From a virus, in IMG/VR virus record IMGVR_UViG_3300020215_000077, positions 1 to 44,755 of that record: a DNA stretch of 44,755 nt. One strand, given 5' to 3'. A model generated the notes under the pieces. It was not told where the DNA came from, did no database searches, and worked only from the letters and a program-made list of their open reading frames with translations. Position numbers and translations under genes: made by a program. Below are positions 15,239 through 22,644 of the stretch, piece by piece. Each line of letters opens with the position of its first letter. Position 1 is the first letter of the stretch.

Positions 15239-15428
15239 ATACGCGGCAAAGATGGACGCGCGGCATCGCAGAGCAGCGCGAGCGCCAACGTTCTCGTGCG
15301 GCGACTGGACGTGCGCCTATGTCAGCGGCTCGGGACAGCTTGAACTGCTAGCGGGTACGCTCACGCCCCCCGAAGCCCTCGCCCTCGCGGCCTGGATCGT
15401 GGAGACGTTTGGGGAGGGGACGAAGTGA
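15222..15428 (+). CDS. Hypothetical early protein
   Basis: 68-aa ORF with GGGGAGGG upstream of the ATG. Confidence 0.5.
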   Translation: MSKASEYAAKMDARHRRAARAPTFSCGDWTCAYVSGSGQLELLAGTLTPPEALALAAWIVETFGEGTK

Positions 15429-15640
15429 AATTGAGCGAGATGATCCTGACCCTTCAGGCGAAGCAACGCATCTACGGCGACCTGACGGTCTGGGTCGGCT
15501 GGCCCAGCGAGCCGTTGCCGGCGACCGCTTCGCGCATCAGCTTCGGTGAGTTTTCGGATGGCCCGGAGCAACCGCCGCACACGCTCGTCATTGGGCCTGA
15601 AGGGCTGTTCGGCGAAGGCGACGGCGGGGAGGGCTCGTGA
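15425..15640 (+). CDS. Hypothetical early protein (ends GEGDGGEGS)
   Basis: GTGA overlap with the upstream gene. The 3' end carries the 23-nt junction repeat. Confidence 0.5.
   Translation: MKLSEMILTLQAKQRIYGDLTVWVGWPSEPLPATASRISFGEFSDGPEQPPHTLVIGPEGLFGEGDGGEGS
15611..15633 (+). repeat. Junction repeat A, copy 1 (ggcgaaggcgacggcggggaggg)
   Basis: Identical 23-mer at 15835-15857. It contains the SD for the next gene. Confidence 0.9.
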
Positions 15641-15873
15641 CGGCGCATCACTGCAATTGCCGCGACTGTCAGGTGCTAATCCTAGATCGCGCGCGGCTAC
15701 TCGCAACGCTGCGGAGTATCCACGACAGCTTGACCACGGCTGCCGTGGTCCTAGACAGCGCTCGGTGGCAAGCCATTCAGTATGACGGCAAGGTGCCCTG
15801 GCCTTGGAGCGAGTGGTACGCGGCGCAGCTTCGTGGCGAAGGCGACGGCGGGGAGGGGGCTTCGCGTGAGTAG
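15637..15873 (+). CDS. Hypothetical early protein (CNCRDC motif; ends GEGDGGEG)
   Basis: GTGA overlap with the upstream gene. The whole gene is bracketed by the two 23-nt repeat copies. Confidence 0.5.
   Translation: MTAHHCNCRDCQVLILDRARLLATLRSIHDSLTTAAVVLDSARWQAIQYDGKVPWPWSEWYAAQLRGEGDGGEGASRE
15835..15857 (+). repeat. Junction repeat A, copy 2
   Basis: Perfect copy of 15611-15633. Confidence 0.9.
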
Positions 15874-16183
15874 GTGCGACTGTGGCGTTATCGGACCGCC
15901 TGAGGACCACGACAGCCATTGCTCGTGGCACCCGTCGAACGTGCTGCGCGATGAGATTGACGACCTGACGGCAGAGCGCGACCAACTCCAGGCCCGCGTA
16001 GACATCCTCGCGGCGGCGCTGCGGTCCATAGCCACCGGCGCCCTATTCATCGGCGACTCAGAAGCGACATCGGACGAGGGCTACCAGGAATGGGCGCGCT
16101 ACGTGTACCCACACCGCGAGGCGAAGGTGATCGAGAAGGCCCGCGCCGCGCTTGCCGAGGCCGGGTTGGGGGAGGGGGAGTGA
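15866..16183 (+). CDS. Hypothetical early protein
   Basis: GTG 15866 follows GGGGAGGGGG; 105 aa. Confidence 0.5.
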   Translation: MSRCDCGVIGPPEDHDSHCSWHPSNVLRDEIDDLTAERDQLQARVDILAAALRSIATGALFIGDSEATSDEGYQEWARYVYPHREAKVIEKARAALAEAGLGEGE

Positions 16184-16410
16184 ACGAGACGCAGCTACCG
16201 CAGTGGTCCTTTACAGCCTGGGCCGAAGAAGGCGGCGTTCAAGTGACTGTGCAGCCCGTCCACAACGGCTGCCGCGTGATGATCTGCACGCAAGCGGGCG
16301 ACATCTACGCGACCCTCGCACCGTTCCGCGCGATTCGCCTGGCCGAGACGCTGCGGGACGCGCTGTTGCCGAAGAAGGACGCCCCCGAGAAGGCCGAGGG
16401 GTCGGAATGA
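16180..16410 (+). CDS. Hypothetical early protein
   Basis: GTGA overlap with the upstream gene; 76 aa. Ends in EKAEGSE, which is encoded by junction repeat B. Confidence 0.5.
   Translation: MNETQLPQWSFTAWAEEGGVQVTVQPVHNGCRVMICTQAGDIYATLAPFRAIRLAETLRDALLPKKDAPEKAEGSE
16387..16405 (+). repeat. Junction repeat B, copy 1 (gagaaggccgaggggtcgg)
   Basis: Identical 19-mer at 16578-16596. Confidence 0.9.
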
Positions 16411-16607
16411 GGCGCTGCCGCATAACGGACCTGGTGACCAGCCACGACGTGCAGGTCTCCGATGACGTGGGCGTTGAACTCATTCCAACCGCGGGCTCGA
16501 CCATGCGGGTTCGCCTCAAGGGGCCGACCGAGCGGATCGAGTACACGGGCGTGACGTGGTTCAAGCTGTATGAGCCAGAGAAGGCCGAGGGGTCGGGCGA
16601 TGGCTAA
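16407..16607 (+). CDS. Hypothetical early protein
   Basis: ATGA overlap with the upstream gene; 66 aa. The gene is bracketed by the 19-nt repeat copies. Confidence 0.5.
   Translation: MRRCRITDLVTSHDVQVSDDVGVELIPTAGSTMRVRLKGPTERIEYTGVTWFKLYEPEKAEGSGDG
16578..16596 (+). repeat. Junction repeat B, copy 2
   Basis: Perfect copy of 16387-16405. Confidence 0.9.
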
Positions 16608-16642
16608 GGTAACGCGGCATTACCTTACGGGGGAGGCGGGCG

Positions 16643-17005
16643 ATGGCTAGCCTGGACGAGCTGAAGCGGCTGGAGGCGGCGGCGACGCCGGGGCCGTGGC
16701 GCGTGGATCAGTGCGGCGAGGTCTATACCGAGGCCGTCACCGAATGGGACGAAGGTGCTGGCTGCGACCTCTACAAGACGCTGCTGAACACCAGCTACTA
16801 CAGTGACGGGAACCCGAACGGCGCTCTGACGGCCGCGATGAGGAACGCCCTGCCCGCCTTGCTAGCCGTCGCCGAGGCGGCTCGCATCCCTGACGAGGAG
16901 CAGTTAGTCCCCGACGACGATGAGCGCGCGCCCGGTTGGGTCCTCGTGCCGCGGGAGCGCCTCAAGGCACTACGCGAAGCCCTCTCCGCCCTGGAGGCCC
17001 CGTGA
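16643..17005 (+). CDS. Ead/Ea22-like early protein
   Basis: The N-terminal LKRLEAAATPGPW motif is typical of Ead/Ea22-like phage proteins. Confidence 0.55.
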   Translation: MASLDELKRLEAAATPGPWRVDQCGEVYTEAVTEWDEGAGCDLYKTLLNTSYYSDGNPNGALTAAMRNALPALLAVAEAARIPDEEQLVPDDDERAPGWVLVPRERLKALREALSALEAP

Positions 17006-17244
17006 CGAGCAAGTCCGAGATCAAGCGCCTGGCGACCCTAGACCCCGGGAAGCTGGCGGAGAGGATGGCGAAGTTGGAGGCGGCGCTTCGGGTCGTCGAT
17101 GTCATCAGGCGCCAGGAGATGACGACGGACGGGCTGATGCTCCGGAACGACCTGATGCGCGAATACCAGCAGGCGATCGAAGCCCTCGACGCCCTCGGGG
17201 CGGGTGATGACTCGCTTCACCGACACGCACCGCAAGATGGTTGA
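17002..17244 (+). CDS. Hypothetical early protein
   Basis: GTGA overlap with the upstream gene; 80 aa. Confidence 0.5.
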   Translation: MTSKSEIKRLATLDPGKLAERMAKLEAALRVVDVIRRQEMTTDGLMLRNDLMREYQQAIEALDALGAGDDSLHRHAPQDG

Positions 17245-17401
17245 CGCCATTCTGGCCTACGCCCGCGAGCAGGGGCTTAAGCGCCTCGACCTCAAGTGGC
17301 GCGAGGACGCTGACGGCGACGGCTACATGAGCATGGAGACGAGCGAGAAGCCCGCGCGGTTGTCGAAGGCCGACAAGCCTAGGAGACGAGGCGATGAGTG
17401 A
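17204..17401 (+). CDS. Hypothetical early protein
   Basis: 65-aa ORF with a GTG/ATG start at 17204/17207. It overlaps its neighbours. Confidence 0.45.
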   Translation: MMTRFTDTHRKMVDAILAYAREQGLKRLDLKWREDADGDGYMSMETSEKPARLSKADKPRRRGDE

Positions 17402-18371
17402 CGCGCGGCCGGACCTGGACGGCCTGGAATGGCGGGCGATCAACTCCACGGCGCGAGCCGGGGCGCTCGACACGGGCGAATGCCTGACGATCATCGCCTA
17501 CGCCCGCCGCCTGGAGGCCGAGCTGGTCGCCCGCGATCCCCTCGCCATGTCGCAGAGGATCAACGAGCTGCTGGAGGACCGGCGCAGGCTGGAGGCCGAG
17601 CTTTCTAAGAACTCTCTATTGGAGAGTCGGCTAGAGAGCCTGGAGGCCGAGCGGGACGAGTTCTGCGACCATCTCGGCACCATCACGCGGAATCACAGGG
17701 CGGTGATCGAGCGAGCCGAAGCCGCCGAGCGCGAGCGGGACAAGTTCGACCAGTGGAATCGCGAGTCGCGCGCCCTGCTGCGGGAAGCCGAGCGCGAGCG
17801 GGACGAGGCGCGGGCCCAGGTCAAGAGCATCGCAAAGCAGTTAGCATGGTCGCGCGACGACGCGGGGGCTATTGAGTGCCAGCGAGACGAGGAGCGCGAG
17901 CTGCGGCGGCGGGCACTAATGCGGGCGCTGTTCTACCGTCGGGCGCTCCGCGAGGCCAAAGCCATGCGGACGGCAATCGGCTGGACGGTTGATCGTGCCA
18001 TTGACGAGCGCGAGAAGGCCGAAGCCGAGGCGGCGAGGCTGCGGGTCGCCCTGGAGCCCGCGTCACAGGTTATAAGCACGGTTATAAGCCGTGACGGGCG
18101 TGAGCCTTATGGACCGAATGCCGAAACGGGGATGAGTAAATTTGCTCAACGCGGTGAGCAAACGCTCACCTTCGGTATGGGGATCGTGGGAAATCCCACC
18201 GTCCCACCTGACGAGGAGCTTCGCCTCGGCCCCAACGTAGACCGTGAGGCGTTGGAGAAGGCGCCCAACGTGATCCCCGAGGGCTACTTCGAGCGGCATC
18301 CGCTAAAAGAGCTGCGCGACGGGAAGTGGGTTGAGGTGAAGAAGGACGAGGGCGGAGGGGCGGGGGGGTGA
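17394..18371 (+). CDS. Coiled-coil protein (ERERD repeats), function unknown
   Basis: 325-aa ORF with a long charged heptad-like central region. AGGAGA lies upstream of the ATG. Confidence 0.65.
   Translation: MSDARPDLDGLEWRAINSTARAGALDTGECLTIIAYARRLEAELVARDPLAMSQRINELLEDRRRLEAELSKNSLLESRLESLEAERDEFCDHLGTITRNHRAVIERAEAAERERDKFDQWNRESRALLREAERERDEARAQVKSIAKQLAWSRDDAGAIECQRDEERELRRRALMRALFYRRALREAKAMRTAIGWTVDRAIDEREKAEAEAARLRVALEPASQVISTVISRDGREPYGPNAETGMSKFAQRGEQTLTFGMGIVGNPTVPPDEELRLGPNVDREALEKAPNVIPEGYFERHPLKELRDGKWVEVKKDEGGGAGG
18348..18367 (+). repeat. Junction repeat C, copy 1 (gagggcggaggggcgggggg)
   Basis: Identical 20-mer at 18576-18595. Each copy is followed by a (G)TGA start/stop overlap. 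Confidence 0.9.
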
Positions 18372-18598
18372 GCGATAGTAGTTGGACGCAGTGCGACTCG
18401 TGCGGCGCGTCGATCTTGGAGCACAAGGCCAAGAAGGCGTGGTCGCGCGTTCACCTCGCAAGATTCCACGGCAAGGACACGGGGGGCTTTACCTCATTCG
18501 ACCTCTGCCCGAAGTGCCTCCCGGCGCCGATGACGAACAACGGGCTGATCGCCGCGCTCAAGCGGGCGCTGGGGCGAGGGCGGAGGGGCGGGGGGTGA
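18368..18598 (+). CDS. Zinc-ribbon protein
   Basis: CDSCG...CPKC pairs. The gene is bracketed by the 20-nt repeat copies. Confidence 0.55.
   Translation: MSDSSWTQCDSCGASILEHKAKKAWSRVHLARFHGKDTGGFTSFDLCPKCLPAPMTNNGLIAALKRALGRGRRGGG
18576..18595 (+). repeat. Junction repeat C, copy 2
   Basis: Perfect copy of 18348-18367. Confidence 0.9.
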
Positions 18599-18969
18599 AA
18601 GTCGCCTTCTTCGGCACCATCGAGCGTCGGCAATGGGGCTCGCCTGAGCCCCAGCCGCTGTTTCTCGGCACGCCGATCCCGATCCTGGCCAAGCTGCGGC
18701 AGCTGGCCGGCGAGAACGGCATGTACCTGCGCTGCTCGCTTGAGATCGAGGGTGAGCCGCCGCTCACCGCCGAGGGGATGGCAGATCTTGAGCACCTACT
18801 AGGCGCCGGCGGGCCAAAGGGGGATCTGAGCCGCGCTAGCGAACGGCTCGCCACCACCGAGCGCTTCAGAATCGGCGAGGTCGATTTCTTGAAAGCCCTC
18901 GAGGCGGCCCTAGGCAAGCGGGCCAAGCTGAGGGTCGAGTTTCGAGTGAGGCCGAGAGATGCGGGGTGA
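18595..18969 (+). CDS. Hypothetical early protein
   Basis: GTGA overlap with the upstream gene; 124 aa. Last gene of the rightward early array. Confidence 0.55.
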   Translation: MKVAFFGTIERRQWGSPEPQPLFLGTPIPILAKLRQLAGENGMYLRCSLEIEGEPPLTAEGMADLEHLLGAGGPKGDLSRASERLATTERFRIGEVDFLKALEAALGKRAKLRVEFRVRPRDAG

Positions 18970-18978
18970 TGGGGGGGG

Positions 18979-19011
18979 AGCTATATCGCTATACCGGATA
19001 GCGGTATAGCT
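18979..19011. terminator. Bidirectional stem-loop between convergent genes (AGCTATA-T-CGCTAT / ATAGCG-G-TATAGCT)
   Basis: About 14-bp stem with one T/G position and a 5-nt loop (accgg). It is AT-richer than its surroundings and lies between the ends of 18595..18969 (+) and 19010..19639 (-). Confidence 0.5.
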
Positions 19012-19639
19012 AGCCCAGCCAACCTGTGAGGAACGAGTCCCACGTCATCTTCAGGCGCTCGAGCAAGCCCGGATCGCCCTCACGAAGGTCGGTGCGCGCC
19101 TCATACCTCGTATCCACGTTCGCCGGAAAATCCTGGAGCGCCGCGCGACAGAGCGCGATCGCCGTCGGCTGCTTGATGCCTCGACGCTCCGCTGCGGTCG
19201 AGGCGAAGATCCGGTGGCGCGGCTTGTTCTCTTCCGGCCCGATCACGTACAGCCAGATCGAGTTCAGGTAGAAGTGCGACGACTCCTTGAACGTGCTGCA
19301 GGACGAATAGTACTGCGAGCTGCTGCAAACCGTCTTCCAGCCCAGGTCAACCACGTTCCGGTCGCCTTCCTTCCACGACACCTTGACCGCCTGACATTGC
19401 GCGCCGGAGGCCTTCTCCACAACGGGCAGGCCTTTCACCTTCGCCGCGTTCGTGCAGGCCTCGACGACCTTCTCGGCCATCTCGTCGTCATCTTCGGCGG
19501 TGTCGGCTACGAAGCAGATCGGCGACGCGGGTGTCACCTCGATGTCCTCCTTGCCGAAGGCTTTCACCGAGACATCAAGCTTCTCGCCGGTCGAGACGCA
19601 TCCCGCGCTTAACAACATCAATAGAATGAGTGCGCGCAT
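19010..19639 (-). CDS. Lipoprotein (moron; possible superinfection exclusion or lysogenic conversion factor)
   Basis: MRALILLMLLSAGC signal with lipobox LSAGC. GGGAGGG SD. Opposite strand to the flanking operons. Confidence 0.75.
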   Translation of the reverse strand: MRALILLMLLSAGCVSTGEKLDVSVKAFGKEDIEVTPASPICFVADTAEDDDEMAEKVVEACTNAAKVKGLPVVEKASGAQCQAVKVSWKEGDRNVVDLGWKTVCSSSQYYSSCSTFKESSHFYLNSIWLYVIGPEENKPRHRIFASTAAERRGIKQPTAIALCRAALQDFPANVDTRYEARTDLREGDPGLLERLKMTWDSFLTGWLG

Positions 19640-19745
19640 CTTTATCGCCCTCCCGCGACCCTTGTCGGCGCGATGCAGTTTTAGGTGAGTTAAAACTCAC
19701 TCTAACCACTGAGGAAAAGTCCCCAGACCCCGCCCAACCCCTCTC

Positions 19746-20348
19746 GTGTCGCTACCATACAAGTTTATGGTAGACGCCTGCTCAGCCCTCTGGAACAACT
19801 TCCTGCAAGCCTTGCGGGCCAAGCATTACAGGAGGTGGGCCGTGTTTGATTTCTCCAATCTCTCTGAGGATCTGTCTGGCTTCCGAGCGCTTATCGAGGC
19901 CGCAGACGCTACGCTGAGCGCGCCTTACGCGATCGAAACCAAGGTGGACCGGTACTACTCGGCCATCCGCGGACTTGAAGGGGCCTCCCTCGAGCTCCGG
20001 CGGCGGATGCGGGAAATGCAGGCTCTTCGGGACAGCCTCAAGCGCCGCGTCATCCGGATGCAGCGCGAACTCGTTGACGACATGCGCTGCCGCAGGCGTG
20101 TTTGGCTCGCCGGCGTGGAGACTGCCGCCGTCCTCCACCAACGCGCGCGTGTGCTGATCACCGAGCCGTTCGCCGACCCGACGCCGCACTTCCCGGCGCT
20201 CGGACGATACATCCGCGCGTCGTTTGCCTGGGACAAGCCGCGCCTGCTTGTTGGTGTCAACGACGGTGATCCTGTCGCTCGAGAGATCGCAGCCGTGGAG
20301 CCAGGGCACTTTGTCCAGTTCTCAACGCGCCGGATGCTTGCCGTCTAA
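19746..20348 (+). CDS. Hypothetical protein (moron region)
   Basis: 200-aa ORF with protein-like composition, whereas the antisense ORF 19782..20309 is Arg-rich junk. Its end overlaps the repressor gene end by 27 nt. Confidence 0.55.
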   Translation: MSLPYKFMVDACSALWNNFLQALRAKHYRRWAVFDFSNLSEDLSGFRALIEAADATLSAPYAIETKVDRYYSAIRGLEGASLELRRRMREMQALRDSLKRRVIRMQRELVDDMRCRRRVWLAGVETAAVLHQRARVLITEPFADPTPHFPALGRYIRASFAWDKPRLLVGVNDGDPVAREIAAVEPGHFVQFSTRRMLAV

Positions 20349-20672
20349 CAGGCGATCCAGCTTATCCTCGATGGCCTTTAGGCGGGACTCGATAGCATGC
20401 GGCGGCGGCGGAACCGACTTATCACGGACCAGCTTGTATCCAGGAGGAACGAGCAGCTCAATGGGCGTGACGCCGAGCACCTCCCCGATCTTCACGAGCG
20501 TCTCCCACTCCGGGAGGTGCTTCCCCGCTCCTTTTTCAAGGTCGCTGACCGGCGAATTCGAGGTCCAGCCCAGCTTCTTGGCGAAGTCGGCCTGCGACAT
20601 TTTCCGATTAGGGTCGTCTCGCCAGCTCTTGATTCGGGCCCCGAGCACGGCCCTCAGGTCAAAGAGCTCCAT
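20322..20672 (-). CDS. CI-like XRE-family repressor (HTH only, no S24 peptidase domain)
   Basis: MSQADFAKKLGWTSNSPVSDLEKG HTH_3-like segment; 116 aa. Divergent from the Cro-like gene. Confidence 0.75.
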   Translation of the reverse strand: MELFDLRAVLGARIKSWRDDPNRKMSQADFAKKLGWTSNSPVSDLEKGAGKHLPEWETLVKIGEVLGVTPIELLVPPGYKLVRDKSVPPPPHAIESRLKAIEDKLDRLLDGKHPAR

Positions 20673-20746
20673 GACTTATCGCCAATCGACATAAGTATCG
20701 CGAAACGACATTGACGGCTGCGCAGCCCCCTGATAGAGAAGGGGGC
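20673..20746. promoter_or_regulatory. Immunity switch intergenic region (divergent promoters/operators)
   Basis: Inverted repeat ACTTAT(20674-79)/ATAAGT(20691-96), CGACAT repeated twice, and a TTGACG -35-like hexamer at 20711. Confidence 0.5.
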
Positions 20747-21010
20747 ATGAGAACGCTAAACCGTCGATTGTTCATGCAGCGTCTTACGGAGCGGGGTGGG
20801 TCGAGGCCCTACGAGTGGCTGGCCGTTACGGCCAACGTCTCGGCGGCAACGGCTCGGGCTTTAGCGAAAGGGGTCCACAAGACCGTCCCCACCTTTCCGG
20901 TGATGGAACGGATTGCGAAGGCCCTCGATTGTCCGGTGCTGGAGCTGTGGCTCGACGCGCCTGCCGCTCAGGAGCGGCGGCCGACTAAGGCGACGTCCGC
21001 CGCCTTATAG
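20747..21010 (+). CDS. Cro-like HTH regulator
   Basis: ATG 20747 follows GAAGGGGG. HTH-like YEWLAVTANVSAATARALAKG. Divergent from the repressor gene. Confidence 0.65.
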   Translation: MRTLNRRLFMQRLTERGGSRPYEWLAVTANVSAATARALAKGVHKTVPTFPVMERIAKALDCPVLELWLDAPAAQERRPTKATSAAL

Positions 21011-21046
21011 AGAAACTGCCCAGCTTCTGAAACACCCATCTAGAAA

Positions 21047-21085
21047 GGGTCGCAATCCCGCGACCCTCGGGGACCCTTTGTCCCC
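21047..21085 (+). terminator. Two tandem GC hairpins after the Cro-like gene
   Basis: GGGTCGC-aatccc-GCGACCC (21047-21066) and GGGGAC-ccttt-GTCCCC (21069-21085). Confidence 0.4.
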
Positions 21086-21165
21086 AAGCTGTCCACAGGG
21101 AGAGGGCCTCCATCTGTTGTTGTCACGCGGCTGGTGGGGGCTCCTCTCCTACAGGAGAATGATCG

Positions 21166-21762
21166 ATGATCGCCGGCCCGGTCCCGCACACCGCCCTAGA
21201 CGACCTGCTCGCACGCTTCCGTGACGCGCCCGCTCTTCTCACCTTCGACGAGCTCATGATCATCGACGACGCCGTCAACGGCGCCGAGGTGGTCTTCTCG
21301 CCCGCGCAACGCCAACTGCTCGACGATCTCCTGGCCGCCAAGCATGACGGCTGGGCGCTCTACCTCGATGCCGTATGGACGGAGCGAGAGCGCATGAAGA
21401 AGTGGGAGGACCGCTTCGCCGAGCAGAAGAAGGCCGCCGAGCGCCGCTACGACCAGAAGGCGCAACGCTATGCCGAGATCCTCCGGGCGCGCGGCCGCGA
21501 CCGCGCCGAGGGCGAGATGAGCCGCTCATGGCTCAAGGTCGGCAGGCCGGTGGAGACGACGCGCGAACCGACGGACGAGGACGCTCTCTCGCTGGCGCCG
21601 TTCGTTCGCTCGAAGCTCATTCACGCCTGGGACAAGAAGGCGATCCTGGCTGCGATCGACGAGGCGAAGAAGGCCGGAAAGCCCGCCCCGTTTGACTTTG
21701 CCGTCGTCCGCGAAACCTACTCACCGCAGTTCGAGATCCTCACCAGAAGGGACAAGAAATGA
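21166..21762 (+). CDS. Hypothetical protein
   Basis: 198-aa ORF with AGGAGAA SD. First gene after the tandem hairpins. Confidence 0.6.
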   Translation: MIAGPVPHTALDDLLARFRDAPALLTFDELMIIDDAVNGAEVVFSPAQRQLLDDLLAAKHDGWALYLDAVWTERERMKKWEDRFAEQKKAAERRYDQKAQRYAEILRARGRDRAEGEMSRSWLKVGRPVETTREPTDEDALSLAPFVRSKLIHAWDKKAILAAIDEAKKAGKPAPFDFAVVRETYSPQFEILTRRDKK

Positions 21763-22601
21763 CCACCGCACTTCAGCGCCGAGAGGCCGGCGCCGTCGAG
21801 ACCTACGGGATGGAACAGGCGAAGGTCGATCTCATCAAACGCACGATCGCCAAGGGCGCCACGGACGACGAGCTGCAGCTGTTCCTCTATCACTGCGCCA
21901 AGACCGGCCTCGACCCGATGGCCAAGCAGATTTACTTCCGCAAGACGAGAAGCCGGGGCGAGGAGCAGCTGACGATCATCACCGGGATCGACGGCTACCG
22001 CCTCATCGCCGACCGAACGGGCAAGTACGCCGGCTCCGACGAACCCGAGTTCGACGACGAGACCAACCCCACGAAGGCTACGGTGACGGTCTACAAGCTG
22101 GTCGGCGGCGTGCGCTGCCCCTTCACCGCCTCGGCACGGTGGGCGCAGTACTACCCCGGCGACTCCCAGGGCTTCATGTGGCGCAAGATGCCGCATCACA
22201 TGCTGGCCAAGTGCGCCGAGGCGCTCGCGCTCCGCAAGGCATTCCCCGCCGAGCTCGGGGGCCTCTACACGAAAGAGGAGATGGACCAGGCGCGCGGCGA
22301 AAGCGTCGAGGACGGGCCGCAGGAGCCGATCCTGGTGAACGGGAACAGCGCTGCCGCGCCGGAGCCAGCGAAGAAGAAGCTCGGCCCCAACGACTACGAC
22401 GACGAGAACCTGGGGCGCCGGCGCATGCTCGAGGGCTGGCTGAAGACGAAGGGCATGCACGAGAAGCTCTGGGAGCCGATCCGCAAAGCCTGCCACGGCC
22501 AGCCGCTGGATCAAGCAAAGACGATCGCCACGCGGATCTACGACGAAGCGTGTGCGGCCGAGGCCGAGGCGCAGATCGCGCGCGACGCGTTCGCGGAGTG
22601 A
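21759..22601 (+). CDS. recT: RecT/Bet-family single-strand annealing recombinase
   Basis: ATDDELQLFLYHCAKTGLDPMAKQIYF...ITGIDGYRLIADRTGKYAG...HMLAKCAEALALRKAFP is the typical RecT core. Confidence 0.85.
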   Translation: MTTALQRREAGAVETYGMEQAKVDLIKRTIAKGATDDELQLFLYHCAKTGLDPMAKQIYFRKTRSRGEEQLTIITGIDGYRLIADRTGKYAGSDEPEFDDETNPTKATVTVYKLVGGVRCPFTASARWAQYYPGDSQGFMWRKMPHHMLAKCAEALALRKAFPAELGGLYTKEEMDQARGESVEDGPQEPILVNGNSAAAPEPAKKKLGPNDYDDENLGRRRMLEGWLKTKGMHEKLWEPIRKACHGQPLDQAKTIATRIYDEACAAEAEAQIARDAFAE

Positions 22602-22644
22602 GGGGGTGTTGGGTTGGGGTTACACGCCGACGGGAGGTGGCGAG

